Assembly: GCF_009914755.1 (NCBI RefSeq)
Contig: NC_060931.1
Source of the DNA: the human T2T-CHM13v2.0 reference genome, Homo sapiens
DNA length: 64,000 bases
Direction: 5' to 3' (one strand)
Of the stretch, positions 12,388-36,849 are shown in pieces. The translations under genes were made by a program, and so were the position numbers. The notes below the pieces were generated by a model. The model did not search any database, was not told the origin of the DNA, and saw only the letters and a list, made by a program, of their open reading frames with translations. How positions within the stretch are numbered: position 1 is the stretch's first letter; every line of letters starts with the position of its first letter.

Positions 12388-12560
12388 TGGTTTTTGCCTT
12401 GTGTATGAAGAAAGTAAAGAAACATAAAAATAAAAAGTGGACCTCAAAATAATCTGTGATTACACCCATGTTAGAGAAGGCAGGCCAATTTACTAGCTAA
12501 TGGTCTGCTACAAGTAAATGATGATAGCAATTTAAGTGAAATAGGTGAGGATGAAGAAAA
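12388..12560 (+). pseudogene. ANKRD26-like exon remnant (..MKKVKK..NGLLQVNDDSNLSEIGEDEE)
   Basis: Resembles ANKRD26 GGLLQVDDDSSLSEIDEDEGR; contains a stop and frameshifts; donor GTAAAA. Confidence 0.75.
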
Positions 12561-13732
12561 GTAAAATTTATAAGTCCTTTCTAAGAAATCTCTGAAAAGG
12601 AATGTTAATAATGATTACTTTTTCTGGAAATAGAATAGTGTAGTCTGCCAAAGCTGGAGAAGACTCAACTATGTCAATGCTGTTGAAAGATTGATTACGA
12701 TAAGGATTAGTGACTTTGACTAGGAGTGGTTTCAATAAATAGTAGCCATGGAATGCTGACTGTAGTGGATGAACATAGTCAACTCTTGAGAGAAACTTTA
12801 CTGGGAAAGGCAATAAAGAAATGAGTAATAACTGAAGAAAAATGTGAGATACTAGGAAGTTTTCTCTCTTTTTATATTTTAAAACAGAAGTTTATAGAGT
12901 ACGTTTGTTTGCTTTTGGGAATGATTCATAAGAGAAAAACATGTTTATGAAATGTAATTTTGTCTGCACGTCTAAGCATTAGCTTGATTTATTATCTTTT
13001 ATACATTTTTAGCAAACTAATTGTCCTTAGAACTTCTGTTTATGTATAGTTTTATGTTTAGAGTTTTTTCCTTCAGAGCTTATTCAGAAATGTAACATAT
13101 TAGTGTGACTGAACATGCAGATGATTACTTAAACTGTCATACACAGATTTTTAAAAATAATTTAATAACATGCACACACTTAGGCCATACTAAATAGAAT
13201 TAAAATGTTCCTTCATAATTGTACATATTGCACTACCTTTGACAGTAGCATCATGAATAGCCATGATTTGCAAGGTAATTACTCTAAAATATCAGGTGTA
13301 TCAACTTTACAGTTGTTTAGATTCTGGGGAGAAGGAAACGATTTTGTTCATTTACTTTAGAAAAGCAAACTACTGACAGTCTCTCACAGATTATTACTTC
13401 AGGATTATAAAGTTCTAAAGTGTCAAAACCATGTTTCCCTGGGCCAACAGTGTCATCAGCACGCATTGTGTGCTCAGTGAGTATTTGTTGAATCCATGAA
13501 TAAACAGTTGAATAGATGAATGAATGAATGCCTGTTGGTGGATTTCTTTTAAAAACTAAATTTTTAGTTTTTTGAAAGTAGGTTTTCAAACTTGTCTCTG
13601 TAAAAACTATTTTTATTTAAAAAATGCAAGATTCAGAAATTATTAGTTATAATTACAGCCAGAAATAAAATGATAATGTGGATTCATCTGCTATAATATC
13701 TCTTAAAAACACTTGAAAATAAATACTACCTT

Positions 13733-13965
13733 CACAGCATATTGTGAAACACATATTTTGGAGGCAGAATTCTTGGGTTTGAATTCTGTGTATACTACTG
13801 ACCAGCTGCATGGGATGGGGAAGGTTATATGGCCTTTCTGTGCCTAGTTTCTCTCTTTATAGAATCCTTAATATGTTACCTACCTCACAGAATTGTTATG
13901 ATGATTAAAATGAGCTGGACACATGCACAGTGCTTAGAACAATGCATAGTGCCTGCATAGGAAGT
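13733..13965 (+). mobile_element. MIR (an L2 tail lies upstream at ~13420-13530)
   Basis: TGGGTTTGAATTCTG..CTTTCTGTGCCTAGTTTC..ACCTACCTCACAGAATTGTTATG..GTGCTTAGAACA. Confidence 0.75.
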
Positions 13966-14435
13966 CCTGAAAAAGCTAATACCATCATTAAAAAAGGGTT
14001 CCCCTCGAATGAGAACATAAATAACATTTTCCAAATAGATTTTAGTGCCAGTTAGTTTTTATTGAAAAGGGCAATAATGAGAAGTCCTGGTGTATTTCTT
14101 TCTATCACATAATGCAAGTAACATATTTTTCCTTTTGCCTTGATGTCAGAAAGCTTGATCTAAATTCAGTTGTTTGTAATGATATTATTATTACTGTATT
14201 TTCTTTCTCCCTTAATGTTACTCTTTGTTTATAGCTTAATCCCCCTTGTGAAAAATTATTATGTTTTACATTGCCTGTAAAAAAAAAGACCTGAACACTG
14301 AATGAATAGAATAAATAACTTATAAATGCAGATATTTTATATAACTAAACAATAATTTTAGATATGATTTGTATTTTGTGTATTTACTATTTGTCTAAAA
14401 GGAATTTGTCTAAAAAAAAAACTAAATTTTTTTAG

Positions 14436-14469
14436 GCCTCCAATGAAAACATCTGATGAGAAGAACAAG
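14436..14469 (+). pseudogene. 34-bp ANKRD26-like micro-exon (PPMKTSDEKNK), donor mutated
   Basis: Acceptor ttttttAG; resembles ANKRD26 PTKKTSNEKNK; followed by TTATTG instead of GT. Confidence 0.7.
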
Positions 14470-14752
14470 TTATTGTAAAAAGTACATTATCTGAAGCATT
14501 ATTGTTTAAAAAAAACTACATTATAAAAGGTAGTGTGAAAAAACAGAGAATCTTTTGTTATAAAGACATTTACTTAGAAAAAGGTGATTAAGAAACAGTA
14601 GCCATTGATAACAGTACCTTTTTAAAGAATCTGTTTTAAGAAGTTCCTGTGGTTTTGCTCATATAAAAGATGAATAAACACCACTTCTGTACATCTAATA
14701 CATGCTATAAATATTTTGAGGACCTTTTGAAGTAGAATTATTTATCTTACAG

Positions 14753-14893
14753 GTTAAAAGACAAATATATTCTGTGAATGACCTCGACGACTTAACTTGG
14801 CTATCTGAAACATCCTCCGAGGATTGTGAGTTGCTTTACTCTAATTATGAGACTTTTATGTTGCTCATGAGCAACTTGGAATATATTGTAACG
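14753..14893 (+). pseudogene. ANKRD26-like exon remnant (VKRQIYSVNDLDDLTWLSETSSEDCELLYSNYETFMLL/EQLG), donor mutated
   Basis: Acceptor tcttacAG; resembles ANKRD26 VKNQIQSMDDVDDLTQSSETASEDCEL; 1-nt frameshift; followed by GGAGG instead of GTAGG. Confidence 0.8.
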
Positions 14894-15609
14894 GGAGGAC
14901 CATTGCATAAATACAAGGCCTTTTCATGTATCCTACAGTAATGTGTGCACACACTGCTTAGCATTGCACCACAGAGCACTGATATGTGACAGTGTTGCTC
15001 ATCTCAGAAATATGCTCATTGTTAAAATAGACTGAGAAATAATGTATATTGTACACCAAAGAGCTATGATAACTCCACTGTACTTTTCTCAGTGTGAAGG
15101 GCAGTCCTAGCCCTCTTGCTGATTCTTCTTCTCTCCTATGCCTTCCCTCCAGATCAGGTAGCCATTCTCTCCCACTCGGAATACTGCAATAATGTTAGAA
15201 CTGTTTTTCCTGCTACCCCACTTCCTGAGACCATGGTCTACTAGGAAAATACAATTATATATTTTTAAAAATTCAGATCTGATCATGTTGCTCCCTTGAT
15301 TATAACTCAGCTTACCACCTGCCGTTGCTATAAGGTTAAAGATCTGAATTCTCTAGTTTTATCCTGCATCATTTCAACCCTTTTTTCCTGTGTCCTAGTC
15401 ACTGTCTTAGATATTTACTCCTGCAATCAATAGCTTTAGTGAGGTATAACTGATATATGATAGACTGTATGTATATAAAATGTACAATTTGGTAAGTCTT
15501 GGCATATTTATGCATACTTGAAACTATCACCAGAGTCAAGAGAGGTAACATATCCATCATCCATAGAATCTCTTCCTGTCCCTTTGTGTTCCCTTATTAA
15601 GAAACTGCT

Positions 15610-16324
<715 letters not shown>

Positions 16325-16581
16325 TCATCACAAGCTCTTAATATTGTTTTTTGGTTTATATTTTTAGCCATCTTGATGGGTGTGTATTGTGCGTGTCATT
16401 ATGGTGTTGATATGCGTTACCCTAAGGACTAACAAAGTTGAGCTTTGTCCCGTGTGCTTATTTGCTTATTTGCCACCTGTATTACATCTTCTTTAGTGAA
16501 CTGTCTTTTCTAATCTTGGTAGCTTACAAACATTTAAAAGTTAGATAGTTTGTGTTATTTGTTAACTTTTAAGAGTTTTTT

Positions 16582-16966
<385 letters not shown>

Positions 16967-16983
16967 TTAATAGCATATTTTAA

Positions 16984-17444
<461 letters not shown>

Positions 17445-17691
17445 TGTAGAATTTTTATAGTTTTAGGTCTCACATTTAGATCTGTAATCCACATTGCATT
17501 TATTTTTACATACGGAGTGAAGTGTGGATGCAGGTTCATTTTATGGATGTGGATATCTAATTGTTCCAGCAGCATATGTTGAAAAGGCTGTCCTTTCATT
17601 GTCCTACATTGCCATTGTGCCTTTGTGAAAAATAAGTTGACTATATGTGTGTGGGTCTATTTCTGGACTGTTTGCTGTGTTCCATCGTTCT

Positions 17692-18145
17692 ACAGATTCT
17701 CCATGAGTTACCCTGATAAACTGATCTTAAGTTGAAAATCTATTTAGTACCCCAGTAAACCCATCATACAGTTGAAAAATTGCAAGTAGAACCATCTTAA
17801 TTTGGGGTCCTTCTGTATCTGGCTTTCTTTATGTAGGTCTAGCATCCCTAATCCAAAATTCCAAAATCAGAAATGCTCCAAAATCCAAAACTTTTTGGGT
17901 GCCAACATGATGTCACAAGTGGAAAATTTCACACTAGACCTCATGTACACAAACTTTCATTTGAAAATTTACTAAAAGTACTCCATAAAATTGCCTTCAA
18001 GCTCTGCGTATAAGATGTATGTAACATGTATGTGTTTTGTGTTTAGACTTGGGTTCCATCCCCAAGATATCTCATTATATATATGCAAATATTCAAAAAC
18101 TCAAAACACTTTGGTCCCAAGCACTTTGAGAGATACTCCACCTAC
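17692..18145. mobile_element. Two adjacent Tigger-derived DNA transposons (MER47-like 17692-17817; Tigger4/MER46-like 17832-18145)
   Basis: AAACCCATC..AGTTGAAAA repeats; GCATCCCTAATCCAAAAT..GAAATGCTCCAAAATCCAAAACTTTTT..TGGTCCCAAGCA. Confidence 0.7.
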
Positions 18146-18471
18146 AGCAGTATCACACTGTTTTGATTACTGTAAATTTATACTAAATCTTGAAATCAGC
18201 CCTTCAGTTTTCTTCTTTTTTAAGGGTTGTTTTGACAATTCTGGATCTTTTGCATTTCCACATGAATTTTAGAATTAGATTGTTAATGTTTTTAAAAAGC
18301 CTGCTATGTTGGGAATTACACCAAGATTGTGTTCAATCTATAGATTAATTGGGGGAGGATTGACACTTTAACAATAATGTATCTTTCCACTCCTGTAGAG
18401 TTGTTTCTCTCCATTTATATAGGTCAAATTTAATTTTCTCAGTAACATTTTTTAGTTTTTTTGTATGTCTT

Positions 18472-18871
<400 letters not shown>

Positions 18872-19039
18872 TGAAGTTGTACATGATATTTTTAAAATTC
18901 CAGTTGATTGCTTATTGCTAGTATATGGGAATATAATTGGCTTTTGTATGTTGATTTTTGTATCCTCCAATCTTGCTAAACTCATGTATTAGTTCTAGTA
19001 GCTTTTTTGGTAGATTTGATCAGATTTTCTGTGTACACC

Positions 19040-19265
19040 AAAGGTTATCAAAACTTTTCATTCTCAAACTATTGTCTTACTAAAGATAGGAAATCTTTTT
19101 TAGACTTGTCACAAAACAGTCTCTGCTGCAGCTAATCAACTTTCCATTGTAGTATGAGAGCAGCCAGGGAGGATACATACATTAATGAACACAACTGTCT
19201 TCCAATAAAACTTTATTTACAAAAACAAGAAGCTGGCCCATTGGTTGGAGTTTACCCACCCCTAT
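19040..19265 (+). mobile_element. MER58-like DNA transposon
   Basis: TTCCAATAAAACTTTATTTACAAAAACA motif. Confidence 0.7.
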
Positions 19266-19700
19266 TATGTGATCATGCTTGTGAATAAACACAGTTTTAC
19301 TTCTTCCTTCCAACCTGGATGCCTTTTATTTCTTTTTCTTGTCTGACTTCACTGGCTGGAATCTTCAGCACAAGGTTTATTTACTAAAGTTGTGAAAGCA
19401 GACATTCCCGTGTTGTTCCTGATATGGGGAAAGCATTCAGTTTTTCATCGTGACACATTTTTCATCATGACACATTAGTTGTAGGTTTATCATAGGTGCT
19501 TTATATCATGCTGATGAAATTTGTTTGTATTCTTAGGTTGCTGAGAGGTTTTTTTTCTTAAATCAAGAATTAATGTTAAATTTTATCAAATGCCTTTACT
19601 CAAATATCATATGGTTCTACTCTGATATTTTAATGTTAAACCTTGCATTTTAGGAGAAACTCAATTTGTTTATGATGTAGTCTCCTTTTAAAATGTCACT

Positions 19701-19879
19701 GGAGCCAGATACGGTGGCTCACGCCTGTAATCTCAGCACTTTGAGAGGCCAAGGCAGGAGGATTGCTTGAAGCAGGTGTTCGAGACCAGCCTGGGCAACA
19801 AAGCAACATCCTATTTCTATTTACAAAAATAATTATATATATAATTTATATGTACATATAAATTGAGTTACATATGTAG

Positions 19880-19911
<32 letters not shown>
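19701..19911 (+). mobile_element. Alu monomer (FLAM-like) with (TA)n tail
   Basis: Left-monomer sequence followed by AT-rich and (TA)n tracts. Confidence 0.8.
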
Positions 19912-19914
<3 letters not shown>

Positions 19915-22045
19915 TGAGTACAATTAGAAAATTTTTAAAGCATTTTTAGTGTAGTTTTAAGTTCACAGCAAAATCGAGAGTCAGGTGCAGAGATCGACCA
20001 GGTACTCTCTGCCCCCAGACATGTATAGCCTCCCTCATTATCAGTATGCCTCACCATAGTGGTACATTTGATATGATTGATGAACCACAAATGACATGTC
20101 ATAATCATCCGAAGTTCATAGTTTATATTAGTGTTCATTCTTGGTGTTGTACATTCTGTGGGTTTGGACAAAGACCTGTATTCATCATCATAGTATTTTA
20201 CAAAATATTTTCTCTGCTTTAAAATTCCTTTTTTTTTTGGTTTTTTTTTGTGTATAATTCAGACTTTATTGCTTATTAATTATGTCACTCCACAAAATTT
20301 TAAGTAAACAGACATTGAGAAAATATACTGGGAGTGTTAAACAGATGACGGCAATATTGATGAGGCTGTTCAAGTGTTTTACATAAGGTAATAAGAGGTA
20401 CCACCGTCACCAGAACCCCTACAAATTTGTACATTTCATATAAAAAGAGTAAAAATAGTTCATTGGCATGTAACTAGCATCATTCTCTGTAATCTATGAG
20501 CCATAATAAGCCTGAACAATTTCAGTCTCTTCAGAGCAAAACAAAGTATTTTATTCCACTAGCAGATGTTTCTCCAAAAACAAAAAACAAACCAATACAA
20601 CCACAAATACTACCCACCCACAACCCTGAAACATAAGTTGCCATATTCCAGTGGTCCTGAATTTTAACATGTTTTGCTCTACATTAATTCAAGAAATAAA
20701 ATGAGAAACAGCTTTGAAAATGAGATTAACTCCTTTGCTGTAATTATACTTACTCTATAATTCAAACTATTTAGCTGAAGTCAGTTAACGAGTAAAAACC
20801 GCGGATACAGCTCAAACTGCTCTTAACTTCTTTAAATGTTTACTGTTCTATCAAAACTCAGACCCAAGCTGCACAGGTGTAACTTGAGGCACTAACAATC
20901 TTCCTACCAGACGTAATAGTTTTATGTGTTCTTAAAGCTGGGCGCATATACAAAATCACTGTACATCACACATAAACATCAGAAACTTTTCTTGGCACAA
21001 CTAGACCAATAGTTTCCTCTATTATTATTATTTTTAAATCAAGCATGTGTAACAGTTCAGCATTTAAAAGACTCCCATGTATATGATTAAAAAGATGCTC
21101 AGGTTGAGAAATACATTTGAATACTTGAAAAGACACTCCAAAAAGAAACAAGACTTGAAATGTGGTTTTATGTTGAACCATTTAGGAGACCTCAGTTATC
21201 CAACAACTAAAAGCACACAACAGCAGATAAATAGGATTTTATTAAAATCAATGTCTCCAACAATACAAAAACTAAATATTAAGGCATCTTTTACTCCCAT
21301 CCTGGTATATGCAAGAGAAATGTTTTAAGAAAGGGCCAGCATTTCTTACTAAAATGCTTTCTAGTGTATTTGGCAGATTTGTTTTTATATTCTCCTATTC
21401 CACATACCACTCAAAGCACTCATGATCAAACATCTTGACCCAAATCAAGAGAAAAGTATAAATAGATATTAATTTATTAAAAGGAAGCAGTTCATCTTTC
21501 AAAAATTAAAAGAAACTACAAAAAGTATCATGTATAAAGTTCAAATACCAGCATTTAAATTTCTCTGAAGTAATTTATGGTTCAGTAATTAAGCAAAAGA
21601 AGAGATGAAGACTTAAGATAAGAAGGCTATTAATATGGATTGCACTATGGAGTGACTGTTCACTGAGTACTCCGCTCCACTGGGATGATAGTTTGAAAAG
21701 GGCTTCATACTCCTTTAAGAAAATAGCACATCCACCAGGATAAGATCATTTAAATTAACACTGATTCTTATTCCCCATGCCTGTCCATTTATAAAGCTCA
21801 AGGGGCTTCATAAAGTATACTAAACAGTAACATTTTCACCTTTTATTAAGGCAAGTTTGTGAAAATAATTTAATACAACAAGATCTCTTCATGAACTTTC
21901 AACTTACAACCTTTTTAATGTAAGAAACATACAAAAAATTGTGTTTTATAAAAAGTCGCCTCAATACCAGAAAATAGTAATGAAAGATTTTGAACCCAGT
22001 TTTACTCTTTAAAGAATGCTCTTTCCTTGTCTCAAATTCCAAGTG

Positions 22046-22812
<767 letters not shown>

Positions 22813-23668
22813 TAAAATTCCTTTTTGTTTCACCTTTCTGTCCTTTCCTGCCCTTCCATACCCCAGGCAACTGCTGAACTTTTTACTGTAGTCATAGTTT
22901 TGCCTTTTCTAGAATGTCATATAGTTGGAATCATACAGTACGTACCCTTCAGATTGGCAGCTTTCACTTGGTAGTATGCATTTATGGTTCCTTCATGTCT
23001 TCTTATGACTTGATAGCTCATTTCTTTTTAACATTGAATACTAGTTTATTATATGACTGTACCAGAGGTTGTTCATTCACCTGTTGCAGCATATCTTAGT
23101 TGCCTCAGAAATTGGTTAAATTTTTATGTCAACATTCATGATGGAGTTTTCTTTTTTGTAATATCATTGTTTGGTTCAGGGTAATGCTAGCATGATAGAA
23201 TTAGTTGTGTTGTGTTTCTCCTCTTTATTTTGCAGGGGAGAAGTTGTGTAAAATTATGTTCCATCTTCCTAAAATGTTTGGTAACATTCACCAGCAGAGC
23301 TAGCTGGGCTGGGAGTTTTCTTTGTGGGAAGATTTTACCTACAACTTTATTTTCTTTGGTAGATATAGAGTGATTGGGTTATCTATTTCTTGATTGAGCT
23401 TTGGTTATTTTTGTGTTTCAAAGGCTGTGTTCATTTAAGTTGTCATGTTTAGTTACATAAAGCTCACACTATTATCTTGCTATTCTTTTAGTATCTGTGA
23501 ATCTAGAAAAATGTCACATTACTTATTTCTGAAATTAGTAATTTGTATCTTCTCTTTTTTATGATTAGCCTGGCTAGATGGAGGTTTATCACTTTCATTC
23601 TCTTCCTCAAAGTGTTCGGCTTTATTGATTTTCCTATTGCTTTTCTGTTTTATTGGTTTCATCTTTGA

Positions 23669-24031
23669 TGTCATGGTTTGTTTGGCCTGCTGTCACAAAA
23701 TACTATAGACTGTGTAGCTTATAAACAACAGAAACTAACTTCTCACACCTGGAGGCTGAAAAGTCCAAGATCAAGGTGCTGCAAGATTTGGTGTCTAGTG
23801 AGGGACCAATTCCCGGTTCCTAGGTTCCATGTTTTCCCCTGTGTGCTTCATATGGCAGAATGGGTGAATGAGCTCTCTGGTGTCTCTTATACAAGGGCAC
23901 TCATCCCATTCATGAGGGCTTGGATTCCATGAGCTAATTGCCCCCACAAAGCCTCAGTTTCTAGTAATATCACCTCTGTGATCAAGTTTCAGCATATGAG
24001 TTTTGAGAGGACAAATGTTCAGACCATAGCA
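23669..24031 (-). mobile_element. MLT1A-type solo LTR within antisense L1
   Basis: AAAATACTATAGACTG..AAGTCCAAGATCAAGGTGCTG..TTCAGACCATAGCA. Confidence 0.85.
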
Positions 24032-24858
24032 GACGTCTATTATATCATTTCCTCTGGTTCCTTTGGGTTTAATTTGCTCTTTTCTCCTTAGTTTCTTCTT
24101 TTTTACTTTCTTAAGATAGAAGTCAAGGTCATTGATTTGAGAGTCTTCCAGTATAGACATTCAGTACTGAAACTTTTTATTTAACTACTGTTGTAGCTAC
24201 ATTCCATAAATTCTGACATGTTGTAGTTTTATTTTATTTCAGTTCAAAATAGTTTCTAATATTTCTTTGCATCACCTCTTTGGCCTAGCGTTATTTAGAT
24301 ATGTGTTACTTTGTTTCCAAATTTTTTAGTATTTTGATGAGATATTTTGTTACTGATTTCTAATTTGATTGCTCTGTGGTCAGGGACCATAGTTTGTATG
24401 ACTTAAATCCTTTTGACTTAATTCTTTTATGAAGATTTACTGTATGGCCTAGAATATGATCTGTTTTGCTAAGTGTTCCATGGGTCCTTGAGAAGCATAG
24501 TGCTCTTCAAGTCTACTCTAGTCTTACTGATTTTCTGCCTCCTTGTTCTGTCATATTGAGTAAGCGATATTGAAATCTCAGACTATACCTGTGAATTTGT
24601 CAATTTCTTCTATCAGTTTTTGCCTCATGTATTTTGAAGCTGTTATGTTACTAGGTACATAAACATTTAGGATTATGTGCTCTTGATTAATTGAACCATT
24701 TATCATTATGAAATAATTTTGTTGATAGCTAGTAATATTTTTTGCTCTGAAATCTACTTTGGTATTAATATAACCATTTCTGCTAGGCTTTATTTGTTAA
24801 CTGTTAGCATGGTATATATTTTTCCATCCTTTTAACTAATTTGCATCTTTACATTTAA

Positions 24859-28227
<3,369 letters not shown>

Positions 28228-28483
28228 AGAACGTCTTTTATCTAAGTCACTTTCTACATTTCTAATTATTTACTTTGAATCAAGTCTTCAATACAGACTA
28301 TTTTGGTTAAAATACAAGAACTTTTTTATAAAAGGCCTTGGATTAATATTTCTAAATTGTCCTCAAGGATGTTTGTGTTATTTTACAGTTCAACCAACAG
28401 AGCATGAAATGGCCACTTGTCTCAACCCAGAATACTTTTTAAAAACGCTATACAGTTTTATTCTTCTTTTTACTCTCTCTCTA

Positions 28484-31230
<2,747 letters not shown>

Positions 31231-31366
31231 TTATTCTTTATTGTTTAAATGTTAGATCCTATCTTGTTCCAAAAGGAATTTTAAAATTGTTTATAAAATA
31301 CACAAGAATCAAGAAGATAAGTGGAAAGTGTTACCAAAAAATAAACATAAAAAGTATTGGTTAACA

Positions 31367-31905
31367 CAAGGGTCCCCAACCCCCAGGCCACGGACCAGTA
31401 CCAGTCCATGGCCTATTAGGAACCAGACCACACAGCAGGAGGTGAGCGGCAAGTGAGCAAGCAAAGCTTCATCTGTATTTACAGCCGCCCCCCATCACTT
31501 ACATTACCACCTGATCTCTGCCTCCTTTTAGGTCAGCAGCACCATTAGATTCTCATAGGAGTGTGAACCAAATCCTACTGTAAGCTGCACACATTGGAGA
31601 TCTAGGTTGTGCTCTCCTTATGAGAATCTAATGCCTGATGATATGTCCCTGTCTCCCATCACCCCCAGAGGGAGCTGTCTAGTTGAAGGAAAACAAGCTC
31701 AGGACTTTCACTGATTCTACATCATGTGAGTTATATAATTAATTATTTCATTATATATTACAAAGTAATAATAATATAAATAAAGTGCACAATAAATGTG
31801 ATGTGCTTGAATCATCCCTAAACCAGCCCCCTCTCCCCCAGGTTCATGGAAAAATTGTCTTCCACAAAATCAGTCCCTGGTGCCAAAAAGACCAGGGACA
31901 GCTGG
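31367..31905. mobile_element. MER1A (Charlie-derived) DNA transposon
   Basis: GGGTCCCCAACCCCCAGGCCACGGACCAGTACCAGTCCATGGCC..GTCCCTGGTGCCAAAAAG. Confidence 0.9.
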
Positions 31906-31976
31906 ATTAACAGATATTAGACCCCATTGCCTTGTATTGGATTATAGTAATCTGCAGATATATATTGTGTGACTGA

Positions 31977-32795
<819 letters not shown>

Positions 32796-33104
32796 AAAAA
32801 GAAGTAATTTTCAACGTGTAACTATACTAAATAATTTCTAATATTCTTTTCCATAACATTTATCAGAATTGCTAGTAACAGAAACTCACCAATTAGCAGG
32901 ATGTTTTTTCTTCACTACCTTTCAAGTATATTTATCCCTTGGAAGAGACTGAAGTGAGAAATTAAAAACATGAGAACTAGAAAGGAAAAATAGTCAAGAA
33001 CATAGAAATTTTATTTGAATAATAAACACTGCGTAGGAAGAGCCAGATAACAAAATAAACTTTTTATTTTCTAACAAAACAAATTTTAATATGTTTTACT
33101 GTAG

Positions 33105-33277
33105 AATGACCTTAAAAGAAGAAGAAAAGAGAAGAAATGATGATATGTTGCCTAAAAAAGATAGTGAACAGTTAAAAAGAAAAGAAAAGGAATGCGGGAA
33201 AGAAGTTGAAACAACTCAAACAGACTCTGAAATCACTGGTCACAGAATTGAGGACATAAGGAAAGAATTTGGATCAG
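33105..33277 (+). pseudogene. ANKRD26-like exon remnant (MTLKEEEKRRNDDMLPKKDSEQLKRKEKECGKEVE..LDQ)
   Basis: Acceptor tactgtAG, donor CAG|GTAAAT; internal deletion/frameshift after KEVE. Confidence 0.85.
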
Positions 33278-33849
33278 GTAAATTAATTTTTGGTGAAAAC
33301 TTTATATTTCTAACTTTATATAATTACATCCTTTGTATTTTTTACATCCTTTGATGTAATGTATATAATTTAGTTTCAAAACATACCAAGACTGTTATTT
33401 AATCTTAAAAAGGAAGTATGACATTTATAGCTATTTATTGTAAACCTTGGCATCTCTGTCTGTGATGTTCAGTCTTAGATGCTCAAACTATCTCTTATGT
33501 TTTCTGAATGAAGGAATGGAGGATAAATTGAGTTTAATCACATAAATATTTGTGTATTTTTATGTTAAAATATAGGCTCTATAGCTTTGAGACTATAACA
33601 AAGCTAGTTAAATGTTTTGAAAGAAATTTTATTACACGATACTGTATTTTTCTGTAGGTAAGAACTGTTTTTCCTCTTTGAGAAATTTAGCTGTCATGTA
33701 TGCAATTAAAGTTTGAGTAATTCCTGAGGGATAAAAGTCCTTGTGTTTTAATAGGCTACTTTTTTTTTTTAACAGTTTTACAAAAACGGTTCTGTTCTTT
33801 AGATTTTCTTTTTCAATGCTATTAGACCAAAAATGTAATGTATGTCTAG

Positions 33850-33978
33850 GTTGTGCAGAAGCGAAGCGATACCCACAAGCAACTTTCTGAAGAGCAGAAT
33901 GCCAGAATATTACAAGATGAGATTCTGACCAGTAAGCAAAAGGAGGTTGAAGGGGCTCAAAAGAAAATGAATTCTGAG
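33850..33978 (+). pseudogene. ANKRD26/POTE-like exon remnant ([43 protein letters not shown])
   Basis: 129-bp open exon; acceptor tgtctAG, donor GAG|GTATTT. Confidence 0.88.
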
Positions 33979-34074
33979 GTATTTTCTTTAGTCATTTTCA
34001 AATATGTTTTTGTATGTGTATATATTTGAAAAACCAACTCTGTGTACCTTGGAAAATATAAAGGATTTTTAAAT

Positions 34075-34129
<55 letters not shown>

Positions 34130-34187
34130 CCTATGTGTTTGTGTATCTATATATAGAATATACACGTGTGTGTGTGTGTGTGTGTGT
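34075..34187. repeat. Compound (TA)n(CA)n microsatellite followed by (TG)n
   Basis: Read directly. Confidence 0.95.
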
Positions 34188-35488
34188 AGGATAAAGTCAT
34201 ATTCTTAATTCAGCTCCATTAGTCTGCAGCAGTCAAGTAGTGACATTCACAATGGCCTCAATCCAAAGAAGAAGCATTTGATATTTTTTATAAGAATTGA
34301 TGATCTTTCCATAATCTCAAAATTTTTGGTACTAACAACAGACGTTCTAGTTTTCGGACATTGTTTTATCTTCTCAAAATATTAGTGGAGAAGTCAGTTT
34401 ATTATTTTCATTGATAGATAAGGAGGAAATGTATAGCCAGTTTAGAGGCCATATTGTGGATGTCATTCTTCTTACTTTTGAAGAACTTAAAAGTTTTCTC
34501 CAAGTAGTATCTAATTTCAATGCAAAGGGCTTTGAAAACAATGATGTAGAATAATATACATTTAGTGATAATTTATTGGTAAGTGTTTTGTTTCTAGAAA
34601 AATAGTTCAGTGTATTTCCCCCTATTTCACACTTATTACTGTTTCAAACATTATAAAGAGGAAATAAAAGTTATTACAATAGCAAATCTCATGATTTTTT
34701 AAGAAGATCTCTATAAATTTTACCATTGGTATTTTTAAATAAGAGGCTTCTTTTGTATTTATATATTTACACCACAGAAGTAACTGCAATTTGATGGAGG
34801 AGGACTAGAAGTAGAATCAGAAGACCTAGGGAAAATCCTGCATCTTGCATATATTTCAATCTCTCCTCTTCAGAATTGAGACCTTAAATGAGTTCAGTAA
34901 TGTATGTAAAAGTGCAATGCTTAGATGTAGAAGTGTAAAATGTAGAAATGTACAATGCTTAGATTTAACATTTATGAATAAGTGTAATCTTTATAACTTA
35001 CAATAAAATTGTTAGAAAAGTAGAATATTTATAGAACATTATCAGGAAAAAGGAACTTAGAGAACTTTGAGGAATTTCTTCAGTCCAAATAAATGCAGAA
35101 CTAAGAGTCTTACAATAGGGTGGTGTATAGGTTAGATATCAGATTTTAAAATTTTTAAATTTTAAAAATTTAGTCAAATGTATCAATCTCATATTTTATG
35201 CCGCTGGGTTTTTTGAAATTCAGAGAAAGGCTTTGTCAATTCTGAGAGTCTTAAAAATCCTCTAGTGGTTTATTTTTTACTTTTATTGATTCATTGTCTT
35301 CAAATAGATTTTTTTAACTTTTGGGAATTTACACTCTGAGGTTTGAAATTTTGATTTAACATTTTTTCCAGTTAAATATCCACTTACGGGAATCCTTTCA
35401 TTGTACAAATATACAGGTTATTCTTTAATTTCAGAAGAAACCATGATATGTCATTCTATTGAGTGCTAAGTTTCCTTTGTTTACTTAG

Positions 35489-36440
<952 letters not shown>

Positions 36441-36506
36441 GTAAGTACCAAGAAAGATATTTTTCAAACTGAAAGAAAAAGTAATATTTGGTTATGCTAA
36501 ATGTTA

Positions 36507-36849
<343 letters not shown>

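Noticed and set aside
35142-35173. AT-only quasi-palindrome
   Set aside because: Low complexity and expected by chance in an AT-rich intron.
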